A stretch of 64,000 nt of DNA from an uncultured Gammaproteobacteria bacterium (GCA_964537895.1 CAZIDK010000001.1:134198-198197), one strand, 5' to 3'. Positions 32,087 through 41,528 are shown, counted from the first letter of the stretch. The notes: generated from the letters alone by a model not told the origin. Numbers and translations: made by a program.

Positions 32087-33646
32087 ATGCTCGTTAAAGT
32101 TTTGTCCGGAGCGGTCATTGGACTCGACGGAGTCGCAATAGAAGTTGAAGTAGATATTGCCTCCCAGGGCTTACCGTCTTTTACAATTGTAGGACTTCCC
32201 GATAAGGCGGTTGAGGAATCGAAAGAAAGAGTCAGAAGCGCAATTAAAAACTCCAACTTCGACTTTCCCGCCAAAAGAATAACGGTTAATCTTGCCCCGG
32301 CAGATTTACCCAAGGAAGGGCCATCGTATGATTTACCGATTGCATTAGGAATAATACTCGCTTCGGAACAAATCAAAGCGGATATTTCGGATATTCTTTT
32401 TACAGGTGAACTTTCTTTAGACGGAAAATTAAGACACACCAACGGGATTTTGCCCCAAGTTCTTATGGCAAAAGAAAATAAAATAAAAGCAGTTGTTATT
32501 CCGCAGGAAAATGCCTTTGAGGCGGCAATTATAAAAGGCGTTGAAATCTACACGCCTAAGGATTTACTGGTTCTGGCAAAACATTTAACCGAAGAGGTAT
32601 TAATTGAGCCTTTAAAACATACGAATTTAAACCAGTATTTAAAAAACGAGGTTTTTGATTCCGATATGAGCGATATTCAGGGACAGGAACAGGCAAAAAG
32701 AGCTATGGAAATAGCCGCCGCCGGAGGACATAATATCTTATTAAAAGGCCCTCCCGGGGCTGGCAAAACTTTAATTGCGAGGACCCTTCCCTCGATTTTG
32801 CCAAAATTAAGCCTTGACGAAGCTTTGGGAGTTACAAAAATTTACAGCATTTCGGGACTTTTAAACAAAGACACTATTATTACCAAACGGCCCTTCAGAA
32901 CTCCGCACCATACGTCCTCCTATATCGGCTTAATCGGCGGAAGCGCCATACCAAAACCCGGAGAAATTTCTCTTGCCCACCGCGGCGTTTTGTTTTTGGA
33001 TGAATTTCCCGAATTTCCAAGACAGGTTTTGGAAGCTTTAAGGCAACCCATGGAAGACGGTTTTGTCACTATTTCCAGAGCCCAAGGCAGAATAACCTTT
33101 CCTTCCAAATTTATGCTGGTTGCCGCACAAAATCCCTGCCCATGCGGATTTTTGGGAGACAAAACTCACGCCTGCCACTGCACCGCCTCACAAATTTTGC
33201 GCTATCAAAAAAGGGTTTCCGGTCCAATGCTGGATAGAATTGACATTCATTTGGAAGTTCCTGCTGTTAAGGTAGAAAAATTAACCGCAAAAGACGATTC
33301 CAAAAGAGAAACCTCCGTTCAAATTAGAAAACGAGTGCAAAAAGCCAGAGATATTCAATTAAAACGATTTTCCGCCAAAGGCGGATCGTCCTATGGACGA
33401 AAAAATAATATTTCCTCCAATGCCGAAATGACCAATAGAGATATTAAAAAATTCTGCGAATTATCCGAAGAATGTTTATCGCTTTTACGCATGGCTGTAA
33501 GCCGCATGAATTTATCCGCCAGGAGCTATCACCGAATTATTAAACTGGCCAGAACAATTGCGGATTTGGAACAAGAAAAAAATATTAAACCTACGCATAT
33601 CGCCGAGGCGCTGCAATACCGCCCAAAACTCGAACCTATATTTTAA
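32087..33646 (+). CDS. comM: ComM/YifB family AAA+ ATPase (Mg chelatase-like)
   Basis: GLPDKAVEESKERV, NLAPADLPKEG, GPPGAGKT, PFRTPHH and LAHRGVLFLDE motifs. Confidence 0.95.
   Translation: MLVKVLSGAVIGLDGVAIEVEVDIASQGLPSFTIVGLPDKAVEESKERVRSAIKNSNFDFPAKRITVNLAPADLPKEGPSYDLPIALGIILASEQIKADISDILFTGELSLDGKLRHTNGILPQVLMAKENKIKAVVIPQENAFEAAIIKGVEIYTPKDLLVLAKHLTEEVLIEPLKHTNLNQYLKNEVFDSDMSDIQGQEQAKRAMEIAAAGGHNILLKGPPGAGKTLIARTLPSILPKLSLDEALGVTKIYSISGLLNKDTIITKRPFRTPHHTSSYIGLIGGSAIPKPGEISLAHRGVLFLDEFPEFPRQVLEALRQPMEDGFVTISRAQGRITFPSKFMLVAAQNPCPCGFLGDKTHACHCTASQILRYQKRVSGPMLDRIDIHLEVPAVKVEKLTAKDDSKRETSVQIRKRVQKARDIQLKRFSAKGGSSYGRKNNISSNAEMTNRDIKKFCELSEECLSLLRMAVSRMNLSARSYHRIIKLARTIADLEQEKNIKPTHIAEALQYRPKLEPIF
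33371..33400 (+). repeat. Tandem double hairpin in frame in comM (SAKGGSSYGR)
   Basis: TCCGCC-AAA-GGCGGA followed by TCGTCC-TAT-GGACGA; 30 bp, 10 codons. Confidence 0.85.
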
Positions 33647-33669
33647 CCGCAAAAAATCTTAAAGAGGAG

Positions 33670-34158
33670 TTATTGGAGGATGGGATTATCTTTTACAAAT
33701 TTTATTTGTTTCCATTTTTTCCCAAAACCAAAAACAGAACCCGCATCGGATTTATAAACTGCCCATAGAGCAAGAGCGTAGACTATGTGTTCATCCAAAA
33801 GAGGGTTATGTTCGGAAGGAACCAAAGCAAGCCACATTAGGAAAAAAAGCAAACTTCCGGAATATGTCGCAATTCTAATACCAATCCCTAAAAGAAGCGT
33901 AAGCCCTATCAGCAGTAAGCCTGCCATAAAAAGCAAATCTACGAATTGGTTGCCGGCTATACCTTGAAAATATTGTCCAAACATACCCGTTGCGCCGAAT
34001 TTTAAAAACCCGTAGGTAGGAGATGCTCCAACAAGCCAGGATTTATCAGGAGTCGTAGCAAATCCAAGACCAAAAAGTTTATCAAAAAACGCCCAAAGCA
34101 AAATAAATCCGAGCGCTATGCGAAGAAGAGCCATAACTTGCTGGAAACTTACTTTCAT
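33670..34158 (-). CDS. DoxX-family membrane protein
   Basis: LRIALGFILLWAFFDKLFG...GL.LLLG...NPLLDEH. Confidence 0.85.
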   Translation of the reverse strand: MKVSFQQVMALLRIALGFILLWAFFDKLFGLGFATTPDKSWLVGASPTYGFLKFGATGMFGQYFQGIAGNQFVDLLFMAGLLLIGLTLLLGIGIRIATYSGSLLFFLMWLALVPSEHNPLLDEHIVYALALWAVYKSDAGSVFGFGKKWKQIKFVKDNPILQ

Positions 34159-34267
34159 AATTTAACGATATACCCTTAAAAACCTGTTGTCAAACCCAAG
34201 CCTCATGACCGCAGAAGAAGATAGGAAAAGATAGAAAACTTCTCTTAATATAATGTAGAATGAAATA

Positions 34268-36637
34268 ATGAACCGCGGACTAACTTCCCAGGAAGCCGGC
34301 GAAAAATTATTGCAGTTTGGAAAAAACGAAATAGAAGTTAAAAAAAGCTATAATGCTCTTTCAATTTTTTTGTCTCAATTTCCAACACTTATTAACGGAA
34401 TCTTGTTTTTGGCTACAATTTTCTCGTTTTTTATCGGTGAGGTTTTAGACGCGGTACTTATTCTTGCTATTCTCCTTCTTAATGGTGTCGTGGGTTTTAT
34501 CCAAGAGTATAATGCCGAAAAATCTCTTGAAAAACTCAAAAACTATGTCAAACCCATATCTTTAGTAATTAGAAACGGCAAAGAAGAACAAATTCCCACT
34601 TCAGATTTAGTGCCGGGAGACATCGTAGTTTTATCTGAAGGAGACAGGATTCCGGCGGATGGAATACTCCTTCATCATGAAGACTTGGAGATTGACGAAT
34701 CTATCTTAACCGGAGAATCTCTTCCGGTTGCCAAGGAGCAAAATGCAGAGATATTCGGGGGAACCCTTGTTGTAAAAGGAAGAGGTCATTTAACTGTACA
34801 GAAAACAGGCATGAATACAAGCTTTGGTCAAATTGCAAAGACACTGTCCACTGTTTCTGCTGATCGGACTCCTCTTCAAAAGAGACTTGATGTCTTGGGA
34901 AAAGTCTTGTCACTTATTGTAGTTATAGGCGCGATATCGATAATCCCTATCGGTATTCTTCGGGGAAAAGAATTAATTCCTCTTTTGCTTCTTGCTGTCA
35001 GCATTGCTGTTGCCGCAATTCCTCAAAGCCTTCCGACAGTAATTACAATTGCTTTGGCCATTGGGACAAACCGAATGGCAAAGAAAAACGCGATTGTCAG
35101 GAAAATGCAGGCAGTTGAAACACTTGGGTCTATACAAATTCTTCTTGTTGATAAAACCGGAACATTGACCAAGAACTCAATGAGGGTCAGGAAATACTGG
35201 GTAAAAGATAAAAAATTAATTACCCCCCTTCTTCGCGCATGTGTTTTTGGCAACACTGCCTCACTTATACAAAAGGGTTCTCCTGCCTCTTTTGACATAG
35301 TCGGAGATAAGACAGACGGAGCCCTTCTTTTGTGGGCAAAAAGTCAAGTCAAAAACCTAGAGGAGTTAAAGGACGGAGGAACTATCACAGATGAGTTTGT
35401 ATTTGATCCCGATGAGAAAACTATTACAACTGTCTGGGAAGAAAAAGGGGGAAAGTATGTCTTTGTACGGGGAGCGCCCGAAGCTCTACTTGAAGAAAGT
35501 AAATTAAGCGGAGAAGAAAAAATAAAAATAACAAAACTTTATGAAACTCTTGCCTCAGAAGGACTAAGGGTCATAGGATTTGGAATGAAACATGAAAAAC
35601 ATGAAGGACATATAATGCGTGATCATCTTGAAAAAAATCTTGAATTTCTAGGACTTGTGGGTATTTACGATCCGCCTCGTGATGAAGCAAGGCAAGCAGT
35701 CGTTAAGGCACGCAGCGCAGGAATAACTACAATTATGGTTACCGGGGATAATGAAATTACAGCACTCGCAATTGCAAAAGAGGTGGGACTTATTGAAAAA
35801 GATGAAAATGTGGTAACAGGAGAAGATCTTGCGAAATTAAACGATGACGAATTATCAAAGATTATAGAAAATACCCGGGTTTTTGCCCGAATAAGACCAG
35901 AGGACAAACTGCGTCTTGTCTCAATTTTTAAGAAAAAAGGGCTTGTGGTTGGAGTTACAGGAGATGGAGTTAATGATTCTCTTGCTCTTAAAAGAGCCGA
36001 TGTCGGGATTTCGATGGGGCAAACAGGAACTGATGTGGCAAAAGAAGCAAGCGATATCGTACTTACAGATGATAACTTCTCAACCCTTGTTGCTGCAATT
36101 GAAGAAGGACGAATTATTTATCACAATATCTTAAAGGCCATAACATATCTTCTGTCTGGAAATCTTTCGGAGCTTTCCCTTATTATTTTTGCAACCCTTT
36201 TGGGTCTTCCTTCACCTCTTTTACCTACTCAAATTTTATGGATTAACCTTATTACAGATGGTCTTCCGGCACTTGCCTTGGCATCTGACAACAAAGACCC
36301 CGATCTTATTAGAGACAAGCCACGAGATCCCAAAACTCCTATTCTTACCAGGGAGAGATTAATATTTATCGGAGTCGTAGGCTTTTCCCTATCCGCTGGT
36401 CTTCTTTTCCTATTTTTCTTTCTTCTTTCTCTTGGAAAATCTGAAGTTTTTGCAAGAACTGTAATTTTTAATGCATTAATTTTTTCTCATATGATGCTTG
36501 CGTTCTTAGTAAGGGGAGGTTCTATTTTTAAATTCAATAAGGTTCTTTTTGCTACGGTTTTTATAACTATTATTTTGCAGATAATAATTACAACCGTTCC
36601 TTTTTTCCAAAACATTTTTAAATTAGGCTTTGAGTAA
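34268..36637 (+). CDS. Cation-transporting P-type ATPase (type II-like)
   Basis: LTGES, DKTGTLT, KGAPE-like RGAPE, TGD and TGDGVND motifs. Confidence 0.96.
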   Translation: MNRGLTSQEAGEKLLQFGKNEIEVKKSYNALSIFLSQFPTLINGILFLATIFSFFIGEVLDAVLILAILLLNGVVGFIQEYNAEKSLEKLKNYVKPISLVIRNGKEEQIPTSDLVPGDIVVLSEGDRIPADGILLHHEDLEIDESILTGESLPVAKEQNAEIFGGTLVVKGRGHLTVQKTGMNTSFGQIAKTLSTVSADRTPLQKRLDVLGKVLSLIVVIGAISIIPIGILRGKELIPLLLLAVSIAVAAIPQSLPTVITIALAIGTNRMAKKNAIVRKMQAVETLGSIQILLVDKTGTLTKNSMRVRKYWVKDKKLITPLLRACVFGNTASLIQKGSPASFDIVGDKTDGALLLWAKSQVKNLEELKDGGTITDEFVFDPDEKTITTVWEEKGGKYVFVRGAPEALLEESKLSGEEKIKITKLYETLASEGLRVIGFGMKHEKHEGHIMRDHLEKNLEFLGLVGIYDPPRDEARQAVVKARSAGITTIMVTGDNEITALAIAKEVGLIEKDENVVTGEDLAKLNDDELSKIIENTRVFARIRPEDKLRLVSIFKKKGLVVGVTGDGVNDSLALKRADVGISMGQTGTDVAKEASDIVLTDDNFSTLVAAIEEGRIIYHNILKAITYLLSGNLSELSLIIFATLLGLPSPLLPTQILWINLITDGLPALALASDNKDPDLIRDKPRDPKTPILTRERLIFIGVVGFSLSAGLLFLFFFLLSLGKSEVFARTVIFNALIFSHMMLAFLVRGGSIFKFNKVLFATVFITIILQIIITTVPFFQNIFKLGFE

Positions 36638-36654
36638 AAGTGTATAATCTTCAT

Positions 36655-37347
36655 ATGGAAAACGTAAATGATGTTAAATGGCTGAAGCCAAGTTTGACTT
36701 GGCTGGGACACGCAAGTTTTTCTTTTGTTGATGAAAAAGGCAACAGGGTTTATTACGTTGACCCCTTCAGTTTGCCTACCTCGAATGGCTTGCCGAAGGG
36801 CGATTTAATCTTTATCACCCACGCTCACTCCGATCACTTTTCCCAAACAGATATTCAAAAAATAATAAAAGACGATACGGTAATCATTGCTCCGCCTGAT
36901 ATTTTGGAAAAAGTGGATATTTCCCAAAACAGAAAATTAGGGGTTGAACCCCTAAAAGACTACGAAATTAAAGGTTTTAAATTCAGCACAATTCCCGCTT
37001 ATAATAATCATCCGCAGAAGCTTAACTTTCATCCAAAAAGCAATAATTGGGTGGGATATATTTTTAATTTGAATGATAAAAAAATCTATCATGCGGGCGA
37101 TACGGATTTTATAGAAGACATGAGGCGCTTGAAAAGCTTGAATTTGGATGTTGCCATGCTTCCGATGGGCGGAACCTACACAATGGATGTGACAGAAGCA
37201 GCGGCAGCAGCCAATGCAATTTGTGCCAAAATAACAATTCCCATGCATTATAAAAGTTTATTAAGAGAAAAGTCCGGAGACGCGGAGGAAAAATTTAAAG
37301 CCTTAGTCACAAATTCCAAAGTGGTCATCCTCAAAGAGCTGACATAA
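36655..37347 (+). CDS. MBL-fold metallo-hydrolase
   Basis: WLGHASF, THAHSDH, HAGDT and PMHY motifs. Confidence 0.92.
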   Translation: MENVNDVKWLKPSLTWLGHASFSFVDEKGNRVYYVDPFSLPTSNGLPKGDLIFITHAHSDHFSQTDIQKIIKDDTVIIAPPDILEKVDISQNRKLGVEPLKDYEIKGFKFSTIPAYNNHPQKLNFHPKSNNWVGYIFNLNDKKIYHAGDTDFIEDMRRLKSLNLDVAMLPMGGTYTMDVTEAAAAANAICAKITIPMHYKSLLREKSGDAEEKFKALVTNSKVVILKELT

Positions 37348-37351
37348 GGAT

Positions 37352-37522
37352 TTAAGATTTAGTGCTTCTTTTTGTTTTTCTAATTGATATCATATGCCTA
37401 ATAGTGCTCGAATTTATCTTTAGAATGTTGGCAATCTCTTCGGAGTTAGCGCCGTTTATGACAAGCTGAAGTATTAATAGTTTTTTAATGTCTTCCAAGA
37501 GTTGCTGTGTTTTCTTGTCCAT
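37352..37522 (-). CDS. Small HTH-like protein (56 aa), absent from the ORF track
   Basis: Read manually: MDKKTQQLLEDIKKLLILQLVINGANSEEIANILKINSSTIRHMISIRKTKRSTKS; 'EIA.IL.I..STI' HTH pattern. Confidence 0.65.
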   Translation of the reverse strand: MDKKTQQLLEDIKKLLILQLVINGANSEEIANILKINSSTIRHMISIRKTKRSTKS

Positions 37523-37605
37523 AGCGCTGCTCTCTTTCTTAATTTTCGTTATACGCTTTTACGCCTTGGAAGTCAAATTAAATTCGTAAATTACTATGCG
37601 TGTTA

Positions 37606-37641
37606 ATTACCAGTATACTTGTATACAAGTATATTAGTAAT
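37606..37641. promoter_or_regulatory. Operator-like palindrome
   Basis: Perfect 20-bp core TATACTTGTATACAAGTATA (37614-37633) within a 36-bp imperfect palindrome. Confidence 0.6.
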
Positions 37642-37695
37642 ATCCCGACAGGGAAAATATCTAAACATGAGATGAAAATTATCACTTTCGGAAAT

Positions 37696-37748
37696 TTCTC
37701 AGCGGGTTGAGCGAAGTGAAATCGTGAGCGTAATCGAACCGCTAAGAA
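37696..37748. repeat. Intergenic composite REP-like element
   Basis: TTCTCAGCGG...CCGCTAAGAA arms enclose TGAGCGAAGTGAAA and GTGAGCGTAATCGAACC, the reverse complement of a TTCGA-nnn-GCTCA-type core. Confidence 0.65.
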
Positions 37749-37757
37749 GTCAAATTA

Positions 37758-38456
37758 TTATTCAATCTTATCTGATTTTTGAAGGTTGTGTTTCATGCAT
37801 AAAAGCCTGACATTTTTTGCCGTAAGACTTGTTCCACCTTTTGAAAAAGGCAATTCATGGTCAAAATGCAAATTTTTCGTTTCGCTACAAATAACACACT
37901 TCCCCTTATCTCTTTTCCAAACTTCTTTTTTTACTTCTGTTGGAACTAATCTTGTATGTAAAATTTCTTTTTGTAAGCTACCGTCAACTTGTTGATTTTC
38001 TGACAAACGAAGAATAAATCTAAATACACCTCTACCGTCTTCAAAAACTATCTTGTAGTCTACAAGATCAAAAAAACCTTTTAAAGACCAGACGCCAGGC
38101 ATTATTTTTTCGTATACTTTTACAACTTCCGGATTATTTCCATTTTCCTTAAACTCTTTGACAGCTTCGATGAATAAGCCATTTTGGGTTAATTTTCCAG
38201 AAGGAAGTTTATCGGGTTGGTCTTCATATTTTGGATTATGAGTATAAGATCTTTTGGAAACATCGTGCCCTTCGTATTCTATTGTAATTCCGTCTTCGTA
38301 AACTCTATCCTTGTACGGCGCGTTTGATCTTTGCGACATTAAAATAACAGAGTAAGAACTCCCTAGATGAAAATTCATCCCGCGCTGAAGAGCTTGGGCG
38401 TTTTCTGTGTCGCACATTTCTCTATAGCTGAGGATATCATCTCGAATTTTGTTCAT
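37758..38456 (-). CDS. HNH endonuclease with an N-terminal SRA/PUA-like putative recognition domain
   Basis: C-terminal RD...CVIC...LHFDH..P.SKGG....N...LC..HN..K; N-terminal 'Y.D......IEYEG....NG' pattern. Confidence 0.85.
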   Translation of the reverse strand: MNKIRDDILSYREMCDTENAQALQRGMNFHLGSSYSVILMSQRSNAPYKDRVYEDGITIEYEGHDVSKRSYTHNPKYEDQPDKLPSGKLTQNGLFIEAVKEFKENGNNPEVVKVYEKIMPGVWSLKGFFDLVDYKIVFEDGRGVFRFILRLSENQQVDGSLQKEILHTRLVPTEVKKEVWKRDKGKCVICSETKNLHFDHELPFSKGGTSLTAKNVRLLCMKHNLQKSDKIE

Positions 38457-38583
38457 ATTGAATCGGATCCTAGCACTTTGTAGATGTTTTGGGAAGGATA
38501 GGGTTATGTAAGCTTACTGCTTTATATTTCTTTTCTTGCATAATATTGTATAATGGACTACTATAATTAATAAGGAGAAAAAT

Positions 38584-39078
38584 ATGGCTAACATTAGCTT
38601 CAATAAAGAAAAATATAAAGCCGCTTTACTCTATATATCTAACTCCTTAAAGGGAATAGAAGGAAAGAAAAAAGCATATAAGTTGTTCTATTTTTTAGAT
38701 TTCGATTTTTTCGAGGCATACGGCAAATCTTTTACAGGCGATACATATAAAGCACTAGAAATGGGGCCTGCTCCAATATATTTTGATAGTATAGTTCAGG
38801 AACTTATTGACGAGGGTAAAATAGAAATCAAGAAAGTACGAAAATCTCCAACCCATGAGAATGATACTGTTATCTTCAAGCCTCTGACAAATACTGATTA
38901 CAGCTTCACAAAGGAAGAAAAAAGTATGCTTGATAGAATAATTGAATTATATGGTAATCAAACAGGCACGAATCTTGAAAAACTATCTCATGCTGAAGCG
39001 CCATATAACGCCGTTGATCTCTATCAAATAATACCCTACGAATATAGTATTTATAGAGACACTCCGAATTTAGCTTAA
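38584..39078 (+). CDS. Panacea/SocA-like (DUF4065) antitoxin
   Basis: KLFYFLDF...FTGDTYKALEMGP...L..LSH..P(Y/W) pattern. Confidence 0.85.
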   Translation: MANISFNKEKYKAALLYISNSLKGIEGKKKAYKLFYFLDFDFFEAYGKSFTGDTYKALEMGPAPIYFDSIVQELIDEGKIEIKKVRKSPTHENDTVIFKPLTNTDYSFTKEEKSMLDRIIELYGNQTGTNLEKLSHAEAPYNAVDLYQIIPYEYSIYRDTPNLA

Positions 39079-39085
39079 TCACATT

Positions 39086-39505
39086 ATGCATGATTCTTCT
39101 TCTCCCTGTTGCTTTGTTCATCACCCTAGCTTCATAAAAGAATTAGAAGAATTTGTAGGAAAACATGGATCTCAAGATACGTCAGCCGATGAAACAATTA
39201 ACAATATCCAAAGACTACTCTTTACGCATTTTTATAATAAAAATCCAATGTTTACACCAAAACATCTAGGACAAGCTCAGGGATTCAGTGCTTTTACGAT
39301 TTTCTGGCTCCATATGGTTATACCGAATTGCGTTCTATCCAGAACCCAACTCCCAAAAGCATATTTTTATAAAACTGATGGACATATTAGCTTTTTATGT
39401 CTTGATTCTCATATACAAGATTATAAAGACTCAAAGCTAAGGTCAGTTGCAGCAGAACGACTCCAGGAAATGATTGAGCTTCTTAAAACACATGAAAATC
39501 CTTAG
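39086..39505 (+). CDS. Putative toxin paired with the Panacea antitoxin (possibly RelE-like)
   Basis: 7 nt downstream of the antitoxin gene; 'HPSFIKEL..F' start; sequence not otherwise recognised. Confidence 0.55.
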   Translation: MHDSSSPCCFVHHPSFIKELEEFVGKHGSQDTSADETINNIQRLLFTHFYNKNPMFTPKHLGQAQGFSAFTIFWLHMVIPNCVLSRTQLPKAYFYKTDGHISFLCLDSHIQDYKDSKLRSVAAERLQEMIELLKTHENP

Positions 39506-39536
39506 ATAAAAAGCACGGACCCCACATAGGTAAATT

Positions 39537-40568
39537 TTATATCAGTTTTTCTTGCTTGGACTGCTTTGGAAGAGCTATTTTGAGATGTTGATAAGCTGCA
39601 GGGGTGGCGACGCGACCCCTGGTTGTTTTTTTAAGAAAGCCAATTTGCAATAAATACGGCTCTACCACCTCTTCTATTGTGCCGATATCTTCACTTATTG
39701 TTGAGGCAATTGTTTCTACTCCCACCGGCCCGCCGCTATGTTTTTCAATAATAGCTTTTAAGTACCTAACGTCTGACGAATCAAGCCCAACTTCATCAAC
39801 CTCTAGCATATCCAATGCCTCTTTGATAAGATTTTTTGTCAGTTTTCCATCGCTTTTTACCTGCACAAAATCCCTGGCTCTTTTTAAAAGTTTAAGCGCG
39901 ATTCTAGGCGTTCCCCTGGCTCTTTTGGCAATTTCTAAAACCGAATCTCTATCTATCGGAACTTTTAATTTTGCCGCCGCTTTTTCAATAATTTCTTCCA
40001 AATCTTTGGGATCGTAAAAAGAAAGCCTATGCACAACTCCAAATCTATCCCTAAGAGGCGCCGATAAAAGACCTATCCTTGTTGTTGCGCCGATTATTGT
40101 AAATTGAGGCAAATCCAAACGCAAAGTCCGGGCAGAAGGCCCTTTGCCAATGATTATATCCAAAGCATAATCTTCCATTGCCGGATACAAAGTTTCCTCA
40201 ACCACTTTATTTAATCTGTGAATCTCATCGATAAACAAAATATCCCCTTTTTCCAGATTGGTTAAGATTGAAGCCAAATCCCCTGCTCTTTCAATGGCCG
40301 GACCGGAAGTAACCCGAATATTGCTACCCATTTCTTTGGCTATAAGATGCGAAAGGGTGGTTTTACCTAAACCAGGAGGCCCGTACAAAAGAATATGTTC
40401 GATTGCTTCGTGCCGGTTTTTTGCAGCGGTTATACCGATTCTTATAGATTCTTTAACTTTTTTTTGTCCGTAAAACTCTTTCCAGTCTTTTGCCCGTAAA
40501 GAAGTGAAAAGTACCTCCTCCTCGGGAGTCTCCTCTTCGATTTTTTCTTTATCTATTTTTTTTATCAT
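39537..40568 (-). CDS. ruvB: Holliday junction helicase RuvB
   Basis: [26 protein letters not shown]...LRDRFG and RGTPR motifs. Confidence 0.98.
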   Translation of the reverse strand: MIKKIDKEKIEEETPEEEVLFTSLRAKDWKEFYGQKKVKESIRIGITAAKNRHEAIEHILLYGPPGLGKTTLSHLIAKEMGSNIRVTSGPAIERAGDLASILTNLEKGDILFIDEIHRLNKVVEETLYPAMEDYALDIIIGKGPSARTLRLDLPQFTIIGATTRIGLLSAPLRDRFGVVHRLSFYDPKDLEEIIEKAAAKLKVPIDRDSVLEIAKRARGTPRIALKLLKRARDFVQVKSDGKLTKNLIKEALDMLEVDEVGLDSSDVRYLKAIIEKHSGGPVGVETIASTISEDIGTIEEVVEPYLLQIGFLKKTTRGRVATPAAYQHLKIALPKQSKQEKLI

Positions 40569-40575
40569 ATTTATT

Positions 40576-40657
40576 TAGCTACTAGCCATTAGCCTCTAGC
40601 ATCTAGCCATTAGTTAACTAGTTGCTAGTTGCTCGTTGCTAGTTGCTCGTTGCTCGT
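40576..40657. repeat. Heptamer arrays between ruvB and ruvA, overlapping the ruvA stop
   Basis: TAGCTAC TAGCCAT TAGCCTC TAGCATC TAGCCAT TAGTTAA CTAGTTG CTAGTTG CTCGTTG CTAGTTG CTCGTTG. Confidence 0.9.
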
Positions 40658-41226
40658 CCTAACGCTTTCAGTGCCAGTTTTATTTTTTCATCCAATGTTA
40701 GTCCTTGGGTTTTTATTTCCCTAACAGTTTTTTGCGCTTCCCCTACCGAAAATCCGAAATTTTTAAGCGCCTGGACAACTTCGGCATTTTCCAGCAAGTC
40801 CTTGCCTGATAAATCCAAATCTGTGCCCGCTCCCATTTTATTTTTAAGCTCAATTATAATTTTCTGGGCATTTTTTGTGCCTAAGCGCGGAACAGAAGTA
40901 AAAAACGATACGTCTCCTTTAATTATTGCCTCGATTATGTCTTTTCTCTCTCCAAACGAGAAAATATTTAAAGCGGTTTTAGGCCCAATCCCCGAAACCG
41001 TGATTAGTCCTTCAAAAAGTTTTAAGTCTTCAATTTCCAAAAAACCAAAAAGAGCAAGTTCGTCCTCGCGAACATAGGTATAGGTAAAAAGTTTAATTTT
41101 GTCTGCTTTTGAGAGTTTTGAATAAACACTGTCGGAAACTAAAACTTTGTAGCCGACTCCGTTAACATCAACATAAATAAAGGGTCTGTCCAGAAGTTCA
41201 ATGCTGCCTTTGAGGAATCCTATCAT
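40639..41226 (-). CDS. ruvA: Holliday junction binding protein RuvA
   Basis: MIGFLKG, GVGYKV, VRED...LFGF and VSGIGPK motifs. Confidence 0.98.
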   Translation of the reverse strand: MIGFLKGSIELLDRPFIYVDVNGVGYKVLVSDSVYSKLSKADKIKLFTYTYVREDELALFGFLEIEDLKLFEGLITVSGIGPKTALNIFSFGERKDIIEAIIKGDVSFFTSVPRLGTKNAQKIIIELKNKMGAGTDLDLSGKDLLENAEVVQALKNFGFSVGEAQKTVREIKTQGLTLDEKIKLALKALGRATSN

Positions 41227-41231
41227 AGTTT

Positions 41232-41300
41232 TAGTAATTAGCCCTTAGCCTCTAGCCATTAGTTAACTAGTTGCTAGCGGCTAGTTGCTAGTTACTAGCA
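41232..41300. repeat. Heptamer arrays upstream of ruvA, near copy of 40576-40657
   Basis: TAGTAAT TAGCCCT TAGCCTC TAGCCAT TAGTTAA CTAGTTG CTAGCGG CTAGTTG CTAGTTA CTAGC. Confidence 0.9.
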
Positions 41301-41334
41301 TTAAAAGGATTATAACACAAGCTATAGTAGGACT

Positions 41335-41368
41335 TTAGATTTAAGATTTAAGATTTAAGATTTAAGAA
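41335..41368. repeat. TTTAAGA heptamer tandem repeat
   Basis: TTAGA TTTAAGA TTTAAGA TTTAAGA TTTAAGA. Confidence 0.9.
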
Positions 41369-41388
41369 TAAAGAGCGGTCTCTTTTAG

Positions 41389-41528
41389 TTTGCAATCCAA
41401 CAAAGAACGTTAAGTTTTTGCGATTGAGCGAATCAGGGGAATTCCTCAGATCGCGAAGCGAGATTGAGGAAGGGGTGAAATTACCCGATGAGCGAAAGAG
41501 TAAAAATAGTTCGGCTTGGCTTGCAAAA
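41389..41528. repeat. Long nested hairpin element containing GCGAA motifs
   Basis: Outer arms TTTGCAATCCAA..GAAC..TTTTTGC and GTAAAAATAGTTC..TTGGCTTGCAAA; inner TTCCTCA...GCGAAGC...TGAGGAA. Confidence 0.6.

Noticed and set aside
40576-41368. Repeat arrays as CRISPR
   Set aside because: Units are tandem 7-mers without unique spacers, and no cas genes are present.
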